DNA of 64,000 nucleotides from an uncultured Acidimicrobiia bacterium (GCA_963827075.1 CAWGZN010000002.1:54099-118098); one strand, 5' to 3'. Counted from the stretch's first letter, positions 19,888-30,313 are shown. Made by a program: numbers and translations. Notes: generated from the letters alone by a model not told the origin.

Positions 19888-21838
19888 TCAGCGGCGGGCG
19901 AACCAGTCCAATGACGTCGGATCCGCCAGGGATTCGCGGGACGCCGCCTCGTCCGGCGCGACGCCGGAGAGGATGCGCTTGACCGGCACCTCGAGCTTCT
20001 TGCCCGAGAGCGTGCGGGGGACCACGGGCACCGCCTCGATCGCGTCGGGGACGTGGCGCGGCGACAAGTCACGGCGCAGGGCAGCACCGATTCGTGTGGC
20101 GAGGTCGTCGTCGAGGCTCACGCCGGGCGCCAGCGCGACGAACAGGACGAGCCGGCCGCCGTCCCCGTCGTCGCGCCCGTCCTCGAGATGAACCACCAGG
20201 CTGTCGACGATCTCCTCGAACCCCTCCACCACGGCGTAGAAGTCACTCGTCCCGAGCCGCACCCCACCGCGGTTCAGCGTGGCGTCGGAGCGACCACTGA
20301 TCACGCACGCCCCGTCATCGGTGAACGTCACCCAGTCGCCGTGCCGCCACACGCCCGGGAACTCGTCGAAGTACGCCGCCCGGTACCTCGCTCCGTCGTC
20401 GTCACCCCAGAATCCGACGGGCATCGACGGCATCGGCGCGGTGAGCACGAGCTCGCCGGTCACGCCCGGCGGGCACGGCCAGCCGTCGGGCGTGAACGCC
20501 TCGACGGCGCAGCCGAGCATCCGGCAGCTGATCTCACCCGCCCGCACGGGAACGAGCGGCGACGAGCCGACGAACGCCGTGCACACGTCGGTGCCTCCGC
20601 TGATCGACGACACCGGCACTCCGACGTGCTCGTGGACCCAGCGAAACCCGGCCGCCGGCAACGGCGCGCCGGTCGAGCCGACCCAGCGGAGCCGGGATCG
20701 CGGCGGACGCACGCCGGCCTTGCGGCACGCCATGAGGAACGGTGCCGACACACCGAAGACCGTGATGCCGGTCTCGGCGGCGACGTCCCACAACGTGTCC
20801 AATGTCGGCGCGGCCGGGTCCCCGTCGAAGAGCACGATCGTGGCGCCCGTGAGCAGGCCCGAGACGAGGTAGTTCCACATCATCCAGCCGGTGGTCGTGA
20901 ACCAGAAGAAGCGCTCGCCGGGCCCGACGTCCTGGTGCAACCGGAGCACCTTGAGGTGCTCGGCCACGATGCCGCCGTGGCCGTGGACGATCGCCTTGGG
21001 CACGCCGGTGGTCCCGGAGCTGAACAGCACGTACAGCGGATGGGCGGCGGACACCGGGTGCGGCTCCGCCGCCGGCGGTCCGTCCGCGACGAGCTCGGTC
21101 CAGCTCACCGCGCTGACGCCGTTCGGCAGCGCCGGCGGATGCGCCGCCTCGTCCAGATAGCCGATCGTCACGACACTCCGCAGCGTCGGCAGGGCGGAGG
21201 CGATCGCGCCGACCTCGTCCCGCCGGTCGATCGTGCGGCTGCCGTAGCGGTACCCGTCGATGGCGACGAGCACGACGGGCTCGATCTGGGCGAATCGGTC
21301 GATCACGGCCCGCCGGCCGAACTCGGGCGCGCAGCTCGCCCACACCGCACCGAGCGACGCCGCGGCGAGGAACGCCACGAGCGTCTCGGGGATGTTCGGC
21401 GCGTAGGCGACGACGCGGTCGCCCGCCCCCACCCCGAGCCGGCGCAGGCCCTCCGCCGCCGCGCCCACCTGCGCGGCCAGCTCGGCCCAGGTCAGCTCGC
21501 TCGGGCCGCGGGTCTGGCTGCGGGCGACGACGGCGACGCCGTCCGGGTCAGCCGCGGCCGGCGCCAGGGCGTGCTCGGTGTAGTTGAGCGTGCCGCCGGG
21601 GAACCACGACACCCCGGGCATCTCACTGCCCGTCACAGATCGCGCGAGGCGCCTCGTGCCAGCGCATCCCGGTGAAGTCGGTGGCCGCGCGCCAGAACGA
21701 CTCACGTTCGGCGACCGACCACGCATGCAGCGACGCGTAGTCGGTGAACCCCTGCGCGGTGGCGAACCGCCCCGCCGCGGTCGCCGTCCACACGTCGGCC
21801 GGTGGCGTCCACAGCACCTCGCCCCGGTCGGTGTTCAC
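19888..21838 (-). pseudogene. Acetoacetyl-CoA synthetase (acetoacetate-CoA ligase); one frame switch
   Basis: 612-aa main ORF with AMP-binding motifs (LFSSGTTGVPKAIVH, WMMWNY). The N-terminal 65 aa (VNTDRGEVLWTPPADVW...ESFWRAATDFTGMRWHE) are in another frame, with a switch near 21635. The GTGA overlap with the upstream gene is at 21835-21838. Confidence 0.85.
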
Positions 21839-22929
21839 GGGTTCCCGGCTCGGGGCGCGAGCTGCGACTCGTGGGCCGCCTCGGCAGTCGCCGCCGCCTC
21901 CAGTGCGTTCCCCGTGCGCGGCAACAGGGCGGCGAACACCAGGCCAGGCACGAGCGGGATCCAGAACGCGAACACCCGGTGGGCGATCACCGCGACGAGC
22001 GCGATCTCGAGCGGAACGCCGACTGCGGTCAGAGCGAACGTCGTCGCCGCGTCCATCCCGCCGGTGGCGACGAACGGGATCGGCACGGACTGGGCCAAGT
22101 ATCCGGTCGTGTACACGAGCGTGAGCGCGATGAGGCCCGGGTTGCCTTCGAACGCGAACAGTGCCGCCCAGAGGCTGGCGATGTCGCCCGCCCAGTAGAG
22201 CAACGCCCAGCCGAGCACCGGCCGGCCCTCGGTCCGATCGCAGGCAGCCCGGCGCACCCACCACGCCGCACTGATCCCAGTCGAGAGGCCTTGGCGGAGA
22301 AGTCCGCCGCCCGGCGCGGCCCAGCGCTCGACCCTCCCGGCATCCGTGAACCAGTACGCGGCGAGAAGTACGAGCGGGACGGCGATGAGCCAGGGCAGCG
22401 TCATCCCGAGCGGCGCCCGGCTGAGCACGAGGGCGAGTAGGGCGGCCGTCCAGCCGATCAGACCGAAGACGAGGTAGACGGCCGTGCTGAGGCCGATCAA
22501 GCGGATCGCCGCGTCCCGCCGCGCCATGCCCACGCGCCGCAGCGCCCAGTAGGTGATGGCGAGACCGGCGACGCCGCCGGCGGCGAAGAGTTGGGACAGG
22601 GCGAAGCTGGCGAGCACGACGCGCAGGGAGAGTCCGGTCTCGATGCGCGGGCCGCCTTCGAAGGCAATGGCCCGTCGCAGGGCGCCGGCATAACCGGCGA
22701 ACACGACGACCTGCCCGACGGCGCAGACGGCGAGCCACCCGATGTCACCGTCCCTCAGGACGTCGGTGAGCCTGCTGAAGCCGGCGAGCTTTCCGATCCC
22801 GACGACGAGGACGACGCCGACGGTGAGCGCGATGAGGAGGCCGAGCAGGATCCGGGCCGGTGTGAGGTGGGGCTCCCGGGGCTCCGCGCCGAGCGCCGCC
22901 TCGATCAGCTTCGGCGCCTGGTCACTCAC
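21835..22929 (-). CDS. Flippase-like / lysylphosphatidylglycerol-synthase TM-region family membrane protein (UPF0104)
   Basis: Polytopic hydrophobic ORF. The GTG at 22929 overlaps the upstream stop (GTGA). The longer 407-aa version begins with an Arg-rich stretch lying inside the upstream gene. Confidence 0.65.
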   Translation of the reverse strand: MSDQAPKLIEAALGAEPREPHLTPARILLGLLIALTVGVVLVVGIGKLAGFSRLTDVLRDGDIGWLAVCAVGQVVVFAGYAGALRRAIAFEGGPRIETGLSLRVVLASFALSQLFAAGGVAGLAITYWALRRVGMARRDAAIRLIGLSTAVYLVFGLIGWTAALLALVLSRAPLGMTLPWLIAVPLVLLAAYWFTDAGRVERWAAPGGGLLRQGLSTGISAAWWVRRAACDRTEGRPVLGWALLYWAGDIASLWAALFAFEGNPGLIALTLVYTTGYLAQSVPIPFVATGGMDAATTFALTAVGVPLEIALVAVIAHRVFAFWIPLVPGLVFAALLPRTGNALEAAATAEAAHESQLAPRAGNP

Positions 22930-23584
22930 CGCGCCAACCGCCTGGCAAGCGCGGCGAGCGCCGCGCCAGCGGCGACGTCGACGACGAAGTGGTTGCCCGT
23001 GGCGACGACGACGATGGCCACGAACGGCGCGTACCCGCGCCACGCCCGGCGAAGCCACCGCCCCGACGCCCGTACCGCCAGCCCCTCACCCGTGACCGCG
23101 GCGAACGCGACGTGATGACTCGGCATCGCGGCGATCGGGTTGTACAAGCGCACAAGCCAAGGATGGCCCAAGTCGATGCCACGATCGGCGAGCGTGTCGA
23201 CGAACCCCTCCTGCGTGCGAGGGGGCGCAGTCGGGAAGGCGAGGAACACGGGCAGCGCGGCGGTGAAGGCGATGACCGCGGCTCGCCGCTCGGGACGGAA
23301 CGCCTCGTCGCCACTCGCGTACAGACGCATCAACCAGCCCACGCTCATCGCGACGTTGCCGGCCGCGTAGCCGGCGTTCAGCACATCGACCACGCGGGGG
23401 CGCGCAGCGCCAGCGCCTGCACCCGGGGCTCGACGAAGAGGCCGAGCCGGCGCTCGACGTCAATCAGGCGCCGGGCGTTGCGGGCCGCGCGAGCGCGGCC
23501 GGCCTCCGTCCACACCACCTGACGGACGGAGAGGTAGGCGGCGTAGGCGCCGAGGCCGATCGCGATCTCGCGGCGACCGCTCAC
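22926..23584 (-). pseudogene. PAP2-superfamily (PAP2_3-like) membrane phosphatase/phosphotransferase; one frame switch
   Basis: The C-terminal 155 aa are intact (…AAMPSHHVAFAAV…GNHFVVDV). The N-terminal part REIAIGLGAYAAYLSVRQVVW...LIDVERRLGLFVEPRVQ is in another frame, with a switch near 23395. There are GTGA overlaps at both ends. Confidence 0.7.
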
Positions 23585-24546
23585 TCTCGAGCGCGCCAGC
23601 GGATCCGGTACGCCGCCGCCCACTGGTCCGGATGGGCCCGGATCAGCTCGCTCCACCGGTCGGCGAGGATCTGGAGCACCTTCTGTTCCTCCTCGGCTCC
23701 GCCGTCGCGCCCGGGAGGCCCGATCGCGGGGTCGAGCACGGCCCGCCAGCGCCGCGGCCCGATCGGCAGCACCGCGAAGCCGACGATCGGCGATTGGCAG
23801 AGCCGGGACAGCGTGACCACTCCGGCGGGGAGGTCGGCAGACGAGTCGAGGAAGTGCACCGGGTACGTGCGCGGCTCGGAGCCCCAGCCGTCGTCGCTGA
23901 GCACGAGCAAGGCTTCGCCCGCCTGCAGATGCCGGGCGGCGCGGATCGCCGGCGCCGTGCGATAGAGCACGCGCAGACCTGCCGTCACTCGCATGTGGGC
24001 GATGGCCCACGCCAGCCAGTCGTCGGCGACGATCACCGAGGTCGGCACGGGGATCTCGGCCCGCGGGATGGCCGTCGCGACCTCCCAGCCACCGAGGTGG
24101 ATGCCCGAGAGGATGACCCCATCCCCCGCGGCGGCAGCCGACTGGGCGTGCTCCATCCCGTCGAGCTCCACGGTGGCGAGGAAGTCGTCCGGTCGACCGA
24201 GCGCCCAGAGCAGGTCCGCGGAGCGGTGCGCCTCGTTCACGATCTCCTGCCGGACGGTGCGGCGCACGGTGGGGACATCGGGGGTCGTCCCGAGCGCGTG
24301 GGCGATGTTGACGCCGAGCGCGCGGCGCTTGCCCGGTCGGACCGCCCACTCGACGTGGCCGCCGACAGTCGCGAGCGAGTGGGCGACGCCCGCCGGGACG
24401 CGGCAACCGGCCCACACCGCCCCGTCGATCACCTGCGCCAACACCCGGGCCGCGAGCGGCCCCCGGCCGAAGGGGGCGTCAGGGCGGGGAGCACCGTCGG
24501 GCGCCAACCGGAGCTCGCCGAGGCGGGCTCGTAGGACGTCGCGCAC
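23581..24546 (-). CDS. Lipid A biosynthesis lauroyl/PIM acyltransferase-family protein (HtrB/MsbB/PatA-like)
   Basis: Intact 321-aa ORF with a GTG start. It is first in the 4-gene string. The call rests on overall length and composition and on the segment SGIHLGGWE, which I read as HtrB/PatA-like by eye. Confidence 0.65.
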   Translation of the reverse strand: MRDVLRARLGELRLAPDGAPRPDAPFGRGPLAARVLAQVIDGAVWAGCRVPAGVAHSLATVGGHVEWAVRPGKRRALGVNIAHALGTTPDVPTVRRTVRQEIVNEAHRSADLLWALGRPDDFLATVELDGMEHAQSAAAAGDGVILSGIHLGGWEVATAIPRAEIPVPTSVIVADDWLAWAIAHMRVTAGLRVLYRTAPAIRAARHLQAGEALLVLSDDGWGSEPRTYPVHFLDSSADLPAGVVTLSRLCQSPIVGFAVLPIGPRRWRAVLDPAIGPPGRDGGAEEEQKVLQILADRWSELIRAHPDQWAAAYRIRWRARE

Positions 24547-24659
24547 GGGTGTCTCCCCCTTTCTCGAGACGGGGCCGGTTCACGCACCAGAATGCTCGGC
24601 CGTGCCGTGGAGAGCGAAGCCTTTCGCTGGCACCAGCACCGGGAAGTCCGCCCCATGCC

Positions 24660-24783
24660 GGTTCTGATTGCGATTCACCCTCGCGGGTGACCGATTGCGC
24701 GCGGAACAATCGCGAGCACCGAACCACCGTCGGTTCTCCCGCGCGATCTGCGTCAGGGGTGACGGTGAATCGCAATCAGAACC
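24660..24783. repeat. Palindromic element D (124 bp, 20-bp perfect terminal inverted repeats)
   Basis: GGTTCTGATTGCGATTCACC ... GGTGAATCGCAATCAGAACC. The internal core GATTGCG/CGCAATC is reiterated. It lies between the galK stop and the acyltransferase start. Confidence 0.85.
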
Positions 24784-24788
24784 CGTAC

Positions 24789-26011
24789 TCACGCCACCCT
24801 TCCGGCGGGGGCGGCGGCCCGGGCGAGGAGGAAGGCGGGGCGAAGGAAGCCGGCGTCGATGAAGGCGCGGTCGATCGAGGTCGCCACGGCGTGCTCGGTC
24901 TCGGCGGGGACGAGGGCGATGGCCGAGCCGCCGAACCCGCCGCCGGTCATCCGGGCGCCGAGCGCGCCTTCGGCGCGAGCCACGTCCACGGCGAGGTCGA
25001 GCTCGACACACGACACTGCGAAGTCGTCGCGCAGTGAGCGGTGCGACGCATCGAGCACGGGACCGATCTCGCCGATCTGGCCCGCCTGCAGCGAACGAAC
25101 GACACAGTCGACGCGGTGCATCTCCGACACGACGTGGCGGGCGAGCGGATAGCTCTCGTCACCGACGACAGGCTTCAGCGCATCCTCCACCGCACCCTCG
25201 CTCGCCGCGTCGGCGACCTCGCGCAACGTCGTGACACCGAGCAACCGGGCCGCCCGTTCGCAGCCGCGCCGGCGCTCCTCGTAGCGGCCGTCGACGTTGC
25301 GGTGGGCCACCCGGGTGTCGATCACCAACAGCGCCAGCGCGGCGGCATCGAGCTCGAACGCGATCGGCGTCGCCGTGTCGTCGCGGCAGTCGAGCAGCAG
25401 CGCGTGCCCCGCCGTCGCCCGCATCGCCACGGCCTGGTCCATGCCCCCGGTCGGTGCGCCGACGAACCGGGTCTCGGCGTCCACGCCGACGGCCGCGAGC
25501 GCCACCTTGGTGGCGGGTCGGCGGGATCACCCCATCCCGAGAGCTCGGCCGCCGCCGACGCGACCGAACAGATCAGCGCGGCGGAGCTGGACAGTCCGGC
25601 TCCGATCGGCACGTCACTGTCGATCACCACGTCCAGGCCGGGGACGTCGGCGCCGGCCCGCTGCAGCGCCCACACCGCACCGGCCACGTACCGGACCCAG
25701 CCGCCGATGCCCGCTGCGTCGAGTTCGGCGACCGCGCCGGACCACGGCGGATGGCCCTGGGCCGACGCCACGTGCAGCTCGCCGTCGCCGCGCCGGCGAA
25801 CGGCGCTGAACGTCCGGTGGGGCAGGGCGATCGGGAGGCAGCGACCGGCGTTGTAGTCGACGTGCTCGCCGATCACGTTCACCCGACCGGGTGCTGCCCA
25901 CACGCCGTCCGGCCGGCCGCCCATCAGCGCGTCGAACGACTCGACCAGCCGCGCGACGGCGGCCTCGACGCCGTCCGACCGGTGCCAGTCGATCCCGTCC
26001 TCAGCTCCCAC
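24789..26011 (-). pseudogene. galK: Galactokinase; one frame switch
   Basis: N-terminus APGRVNVIGEHVDYNAG (galactokinase signature) and GAGLSSSAAL. The C-terminal frame has GAPTGGMDQ and RMTGGGFGGSAIALV. The switch is near 25515. The start overlaps the galT stop. Confidence 0.9.
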
Positions 26012-27203
26012 CGGCGAGCTCCCGCAGCCGGGTGGCGATGCGCTCCGGGGTGGTGTCGTTCACCCACGCCCCCATCGCCGACTCCGAGCCGGCGAGGTAC
26101 TTGAGCTTCCGCGGTGCCCGCATGATCGAGAACATGTCGAGGTGCAGCCGGCACAGGTCACGGCCCTCGCCGACGGGCGCCTGATGCCACGCGGCGATGT
26201 ACGGGACGGCGGCGACCTTCGGGTAGAACTCGTCGAACCGGCGCAGCAGCTCGGGATAGAGGCGGGCGAGCTCGTCGCGCTCCCCGTCGTCGAGGGCGGC
26301 GAGATCGGCCACGTGGCGATGGGGCACGACGCGGAGCTCCACTGGCCACCGCGCCGCGACGGGGACGTACGCCGTCCAGTGCTCGCCACGCGCCACGACC
26401 CGGGTGCCGGCCGCGACCTCCTCGGCGAGGAGATCGCCGAGCAGATCGCCCCCACCCCGCCCGCGATGCTGCTCGGCCTGCCGCAGCATCCCGGCCGTGC
26501 GCGGCACGACGAACGGGTAGGCGTAGATCTGACCGTGGGGATGGTGGAGGGTGACGCCGATCTCGCGGCCCCGGTTCTCGAACACCGACACCTGGGCGAC
26601 CCCCGGCCGGGCGGACAGCTCGGCCGTGCGATCGGCCCACGCCTCGATCACGGTGCGCACCCGCCCGACGTCGAGCTCGGCGAAGTGGGTGTCGTGGTCG
26701 CTCGTGAAGCACACGACCTCACACCGTCCGACGGCGGGCATGTCGGCCGTCTGCGCATCCGAGGGTTTACGGTCATCCGAGTGCGTCGTCCGGGACCCTC
26801 CCGCAGTAGACCCTCGGTCGGACTGAGACACTCGGATGGGGAGGCCGGCGAAGGACGGGAAGCGGTTCTCGAACACCGCCACGTCGTAGTCGTCGGCGGG
26901 GATCTCGGTCGGCTCGCGCCCGGGCCGGGTCGGGCACAGCGGGCACAGGTCGGCCGGCGGGAGATGGGTGCGGTCCATGCGGTGGGTCGCGAACGCGATC
27001 CACTCCCCGGACAGCTCGTCGAAGCGCATCCGGCTGTCGCTGGCATGCGGCTCGAGGGGACGGCGGTCGTCGAACGATCGTTGCGCCCGGCCGGACACGT
27101 ACGGCTCGGAGTCGTCGAAGTAGATCAGCTCCCGGCCGTCGGCGAGGTGGCCGCTCGACCGGCGGACCCGAGCCTTCCGGTGACGGGCGCGCGTCGCCGT
27201 CAT
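26001..27203 (-). CDS. galT: Galactose-1-phosphate uridylyltransferase
   Basis: Open 400-aa ORF with CPLCP, FENRFPSF, GRCEVVCFTSDH and HHPHGQIYAYPF motifs. It carries repeat A2 in-frame between FENRFPSF and GRCEVVCF. Confidence 0.9.
   Translation of the reverse strand: MTATRARHRKARVRRSSGHLADGRELIYFDDSEPYVSGRAQRSFDDRRPLEPHASDSRMRFDELSGEWIAFATHRMDRTHLPPADLCPLCPTRPGREPTEIPADDYDVAVFENRFPSFAGLPIRVSQSDRGSTAGGSRTTHSDDRKPSDAQTADMPAVGRCEVVCFTSDHDTHFAELDVGRVRTVIEAWADRTAELSARPGVAQVSVFENRGREIGVTLHHPHGQIYAYPFVVPRTAGMLRQAEQHRGRGGGDLLGDLLAEEVAAGTRVVARGEHWTAYVPVAARWPVELRVVPHRHVADLAALDDGERDELARLYPELLRRFDEFYPKVAAVPYIAAWHQAPVGEGRDLCRLHLDMFSIMRAPRKLKYLAGSESAMGAWVNDTTPERIATRLRELAGGS
26773..26839. repeat. Family A element, copy A2 (shorter, 67 bp), inside galT coding sequence
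   Basis: TCATCCGAGTGCGTCGTCCGGGACCCTCCCGCAGTAGACCCTCGGTCGGACTGAGACACTCGGATGG. It has the same termini and GGGA/CCCTC centre as A1, A3 and A4. Confidence 0.8.
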
Positions 27204-27204
27204 C

Positions 27205-27324
27205 TCACCCGCTGCCGTCGACGACGATCAGCCGGCCGACCTGCGCCTCGAGTGCCCGCCGGGCGGCCTCGGGCAACTTGTCGTCGGTGACGAGGATGTC
27301 GACCTCCGAGATCGGTGCGAGCAT
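27205..27324 (-). pseudogene. 39-codon remnant of a DeoR/GlpR-family regulator C-terminus
   Basis: Translation is MLAPISEVDILVTDDKLPEAARRALEAQVGRLIVVDGSG*. It resembles the conserved end of DeoR sugar-binding domains. Its ATG overlaps the GH42 stop (ATGA) and its stop lies 1 nt before the galT ATG. Confidence 0.55.
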
Positions 27325-29346
27325 CAGTCGCCCGGCGCTTCCCGCACCACCGCGCAGCCACCGGCCTCGACCGTCAACACGCCCTCGACCGCCCGATCAC
27401 TGACCAAATCATGCCCGCTGACGCCGACCGACACGTCGGAGGATCCGTGGTTGAGGACGAACAGCCAGGAGCCGTCGGTGCCCCGGCGGCGGGTCAGGTC
27501 GATCTCGTTCGGTGAACCAGCCGGCGTCACCGCCACCGGCGGCGTCACCCCAGCCTCCGCTGTCACGCGCGCGAGCAGGCGCTCGAGCGATGCGTCATCG
27601 AGCGCGGTGGCCACGTACCACGCGACCCCGGCGTCGACTCGGCGCACCGTGATCGCCGGCACGCCGGCGAGCGGCGCCGCCGTGTGGGCCGCGACGACCT
27701 CGGCACCCTGGCCCGGTGTGAGCCGCACACGTTCCGTCCAGATGCCGGCCCGGCTGCCGTCGCTCAGCTCGACCGTCGCGTCGGCAGAAAGGGGGAAGAA
27801 CTCCTCCACCAGCACCCCGAGGAGCTCCCGGAACGCGCCCGGGTAACCGCCGAGGCGCACGTGGTCGTCCTCGTCGACGATGCCGGAGAAGTACGTGACC
27901 ACGACGTGCGCGCCGGCGGCGGCCGCGTCCGCAACCGCAGTCGCCGTGCGATCGTCGCAGAGGTAGAGCGTCGGCACGATCACGACTCGGTACGCCGACA
28001 GGTCGTCGTGTGGGTGCACGACGTCAGTCGTCACGCCCATTCCGCGCAGGACGCGGTGGTAGGCGCGGGCGGCATCCGTTCCCCGCACGAGTGAGCTCGG
28101 CAGCGACGGTGCGTTGGTCGCCCACACCGACGGCCAGTCGAAGAGCATCGGCAACGTCGGCCGCGACGGTGCTGCCGCGCAGCTCCGACAACCGGCCGAC
28201 CACGGCCCCGAGCTCGGCGACCTCGCGGAAGCGGTGGGTGTCGGCGCCGGCGTGGGGAACGAGCGCGGAGTGGAACTTCTCCGACCCCGCCTGGGCGGCG
28301 CGCCACTGGAAGAAGGCGACCCCGTCGGCGCCTCGCGCGACGTGGCCAAGGGACGTGCGCATCATCTCGCCCGGCGCCTTGGCCCGGTTCACCGGCTGCC
28401 AGTTGACCGCACTCGTCGAGTGTTCCATGAGCAGCCACGGCTGCCCGCCGGCGACTCCTCTCGTGAGGTCGGCCACGAAGGCGAGGTGGGCGAGCGGGTC
28501 AGGCAACGCCCCGAGCACGTAGTGGTCGTTGGCGACGAGATCGAGCTCGGCCGCCCACGAGAAGCAGTCGACGCTGGCCTCGTGGCTCATGATGAAGTTC
28601 GTCGTGACCGGCACCGTCGGCGTGTGCTCGCGCAACAGATCCCGCTCGGCGACGAACTGGTCGCGCAGCGTGTCGGAGCTGAACCGGGCGAAGTCGAGCA
28701 ACTGGGTCGGATTGCTGAACGTCGTGCTTCGTCCGGGCGGCTGGATCTCTTCCCAGTCGCCGTACGCCTGGCTCCAGAACGTGGTGCCCCACGCCCGGTT
28801 GAGCTCGACGAGGTCGCCGTAGCGCTGCTCGAGCCAGCGCCGGAAGTGGGCGGCGCTGACCGGGCAGTAGCACCGGGCGTTGTGGCATCCGAGCTCGTTG
28901 CTGACGTGCCACATCGTCACGGCCGGGTGCCCACCGAACTCCTTGGCCAGCCGGTCGACGAGGACGAGCGAGTGCTCCCGGTACACCGGTGAGCTCGGGC
29001 ACCACGTCTGGCGACTGCCGAGCGCGTACCGCGCGCCGCGCTCGTCGACCGGGACGATCTCGGGGTGGAGGCGAGCGAGCCACGGCGGCGGCGAGGCCGT
29101 CCCCGTGGCCAGATCGACGCGGATGTCGGCGTCGTGGAGGCGATCGAGGACGCGCCCCATCCAGTCCGGATCGAACACGCCGGGGCGGGGCTCGAGGCGC
29201 GCCCACGCGAACACGCCGACCGTCACGAAGTTGACCCCCGCCCGGCCCATCAACTCGACGTCCTCGGCCCACACCGGCTCGGGCCACTGCTCGGGGTTGT
29301 AGTCCCCGCCGAAGGCCATCCGAGGCATTCCCCACGTCGGAGCCAT
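27324..29346 (-). pseudogene. GH42-family beta-galactosidase; one frame switch
   Basis: N-terminal 400+ aa (FGGDYNPEQWPEPVWAEDVELM...MWHVSNELGCH...WLLMEHSTSAVNWQ). The C-terminal trimerisation/beta domains (...VVIVPTLYLCDD...) are in another frame, with a switch near 28140. The start is 29346, 29328 or 29319. Confidence 0.85.
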
Positions 29347-29360
29347 CCGACAATTTCTCA

Positions 29361-29412
29361 CGTTCTGTCCTGTGGCACCGACCGCATCCGGTCGATCTCA
29401 AACGACAGAACG
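29361..29412. repeat. Family B palindromic element, copy B2
   Basis: CGTTCTGTC...CGACCGcatCCGGTCG...GACAGAACG. It contains the stop codon of the HMG-CoA lyase gene and the most upstream GTG of the GH42 ORF. Confidence 0.75.
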
Positions 29413-30219
29413 GATGAAGCCGAGTGCGGCGACGAGCTCCGGGACGCTGACGCCGGTCTCGTAGCCCTCGGCTTCCAACAACTGAACCAGATGCTCGGTC
29501 GCCAGGTTGCCGCCGGCGTCGGGCGCGAACGGGGAACCGCCGAGACCGCCGAGGGCCGTGTCGAACCGGGTGACGCCGAGATCGATCGCCGTCCACGCGT
29601 TGAGCAGCGCGGTGCCGCGGGTGTCGTGGAGATGCAGCCCGACGTCGGTGCCGACGCGGTCGAGCACGGCACGCACGCGCCGCGGCGTGCCGACCCCGGT
29701 CGTGTCGGCGAGCGTGACCTGATCGACTCCGGCGGCGCGGGCGTGGTCGACGAACACGGCGATGTCGTCGGGGGCGATGTCCTCGCCGTCGAACGGGGAG
29801 CCGAAGGCGCACGAGATCACCTCGTCCAGCACCGCGTCGGGCGCGGCGGCCCGGATCGCCTCGACCTGAGCGCGCGCCTCCTCGACGGTCATGCGGACGT
29901 TCTTCTCGCTGTAGGCGGGTGAGGCCGACACGGTGATCGTGAGGTGGTCGACCCCCGCGGCGGTCGCCAGCTCGGCGCCCTTCACGTTCGGCACGAGCGC
30001 CCACACGGTCACCCCGTCCGGCACGTCGGGCAGGACGGCGGCGACCACGTCGGCTCCGCCGGCCATCGCCGGCACCGCCTTCGGCGACACGAACGAGGCC
30101 GCCTCGACGTCGCGCAGCCCGGCGGCGAGCAGCCGGCGGACGAGCTCGATCCGGTCGCCGACATCGACCGGGCGCTCCCCCTGTAACCCGTCGCGGGCCG
30201 TCACATCGCGAATCCGCAT
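29398..30219 (-). CDS. Hydroxymethylglutaryl-CoA lyase
   Basis: MRIRDVTARDGLQ...FVSPKAVPAMA...HLHDTRGTALLNAW...GGLGGSPFAPDAGGNLATE, the HMGL-like TIM barrel. The ORF extends upstream into repeat A3, but the ATG at 30219 fits the family N-terminus. Confidence 0.88.
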   Translation of the reverse strand: MRIRDVTARDGLQGERPVDVGDRIELVRRLLAAGLRDVEAASFVSPKAVPAMAGGADVVAAVLPDVPDGVTVWALVPNVKGAELATAAGVDHLTITVSASPAYSEKNVRMTVEEARAQVEAIRAAAPDAVLDEVISCAFGSPFDGEDIAPDDIAVFVDHARAAGVDQVTLADTTGVGTPRRVRAVLDRVGTDVGLHLHDTRGTALLNAWTAIDLGVTRFDTALGGLGGSPFAPDAGGNLATEHLVQLLEAEGYETGVSVPELVAALGFIRSVV

Positions 30220-30225
30220 GCATCT

Positions 30226-30309
30226 CATCCGAGTGTCTTCAGCCAATCGAGTGTCTGGTGAGGGAGGGACCCGCACAACGCACTCCGATGGCACAGAGAC
30301 ACTCGGGTG
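30226..30309. repeat. Family A element, copy A3 (84 bp)
   Basis: CATCCGAGTGTCTTCAGCCAATCGAGTGTCTGGTGAGGGAGGGACCCGCACAACGCACTCCGATGGCACAGAGACACTCGGGTG. It fills the spacer between the carboxyltransferase stop and the HMG-CoA lyase start. Confidence 0.85.
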
Positions 30310-30313
30310 AACG

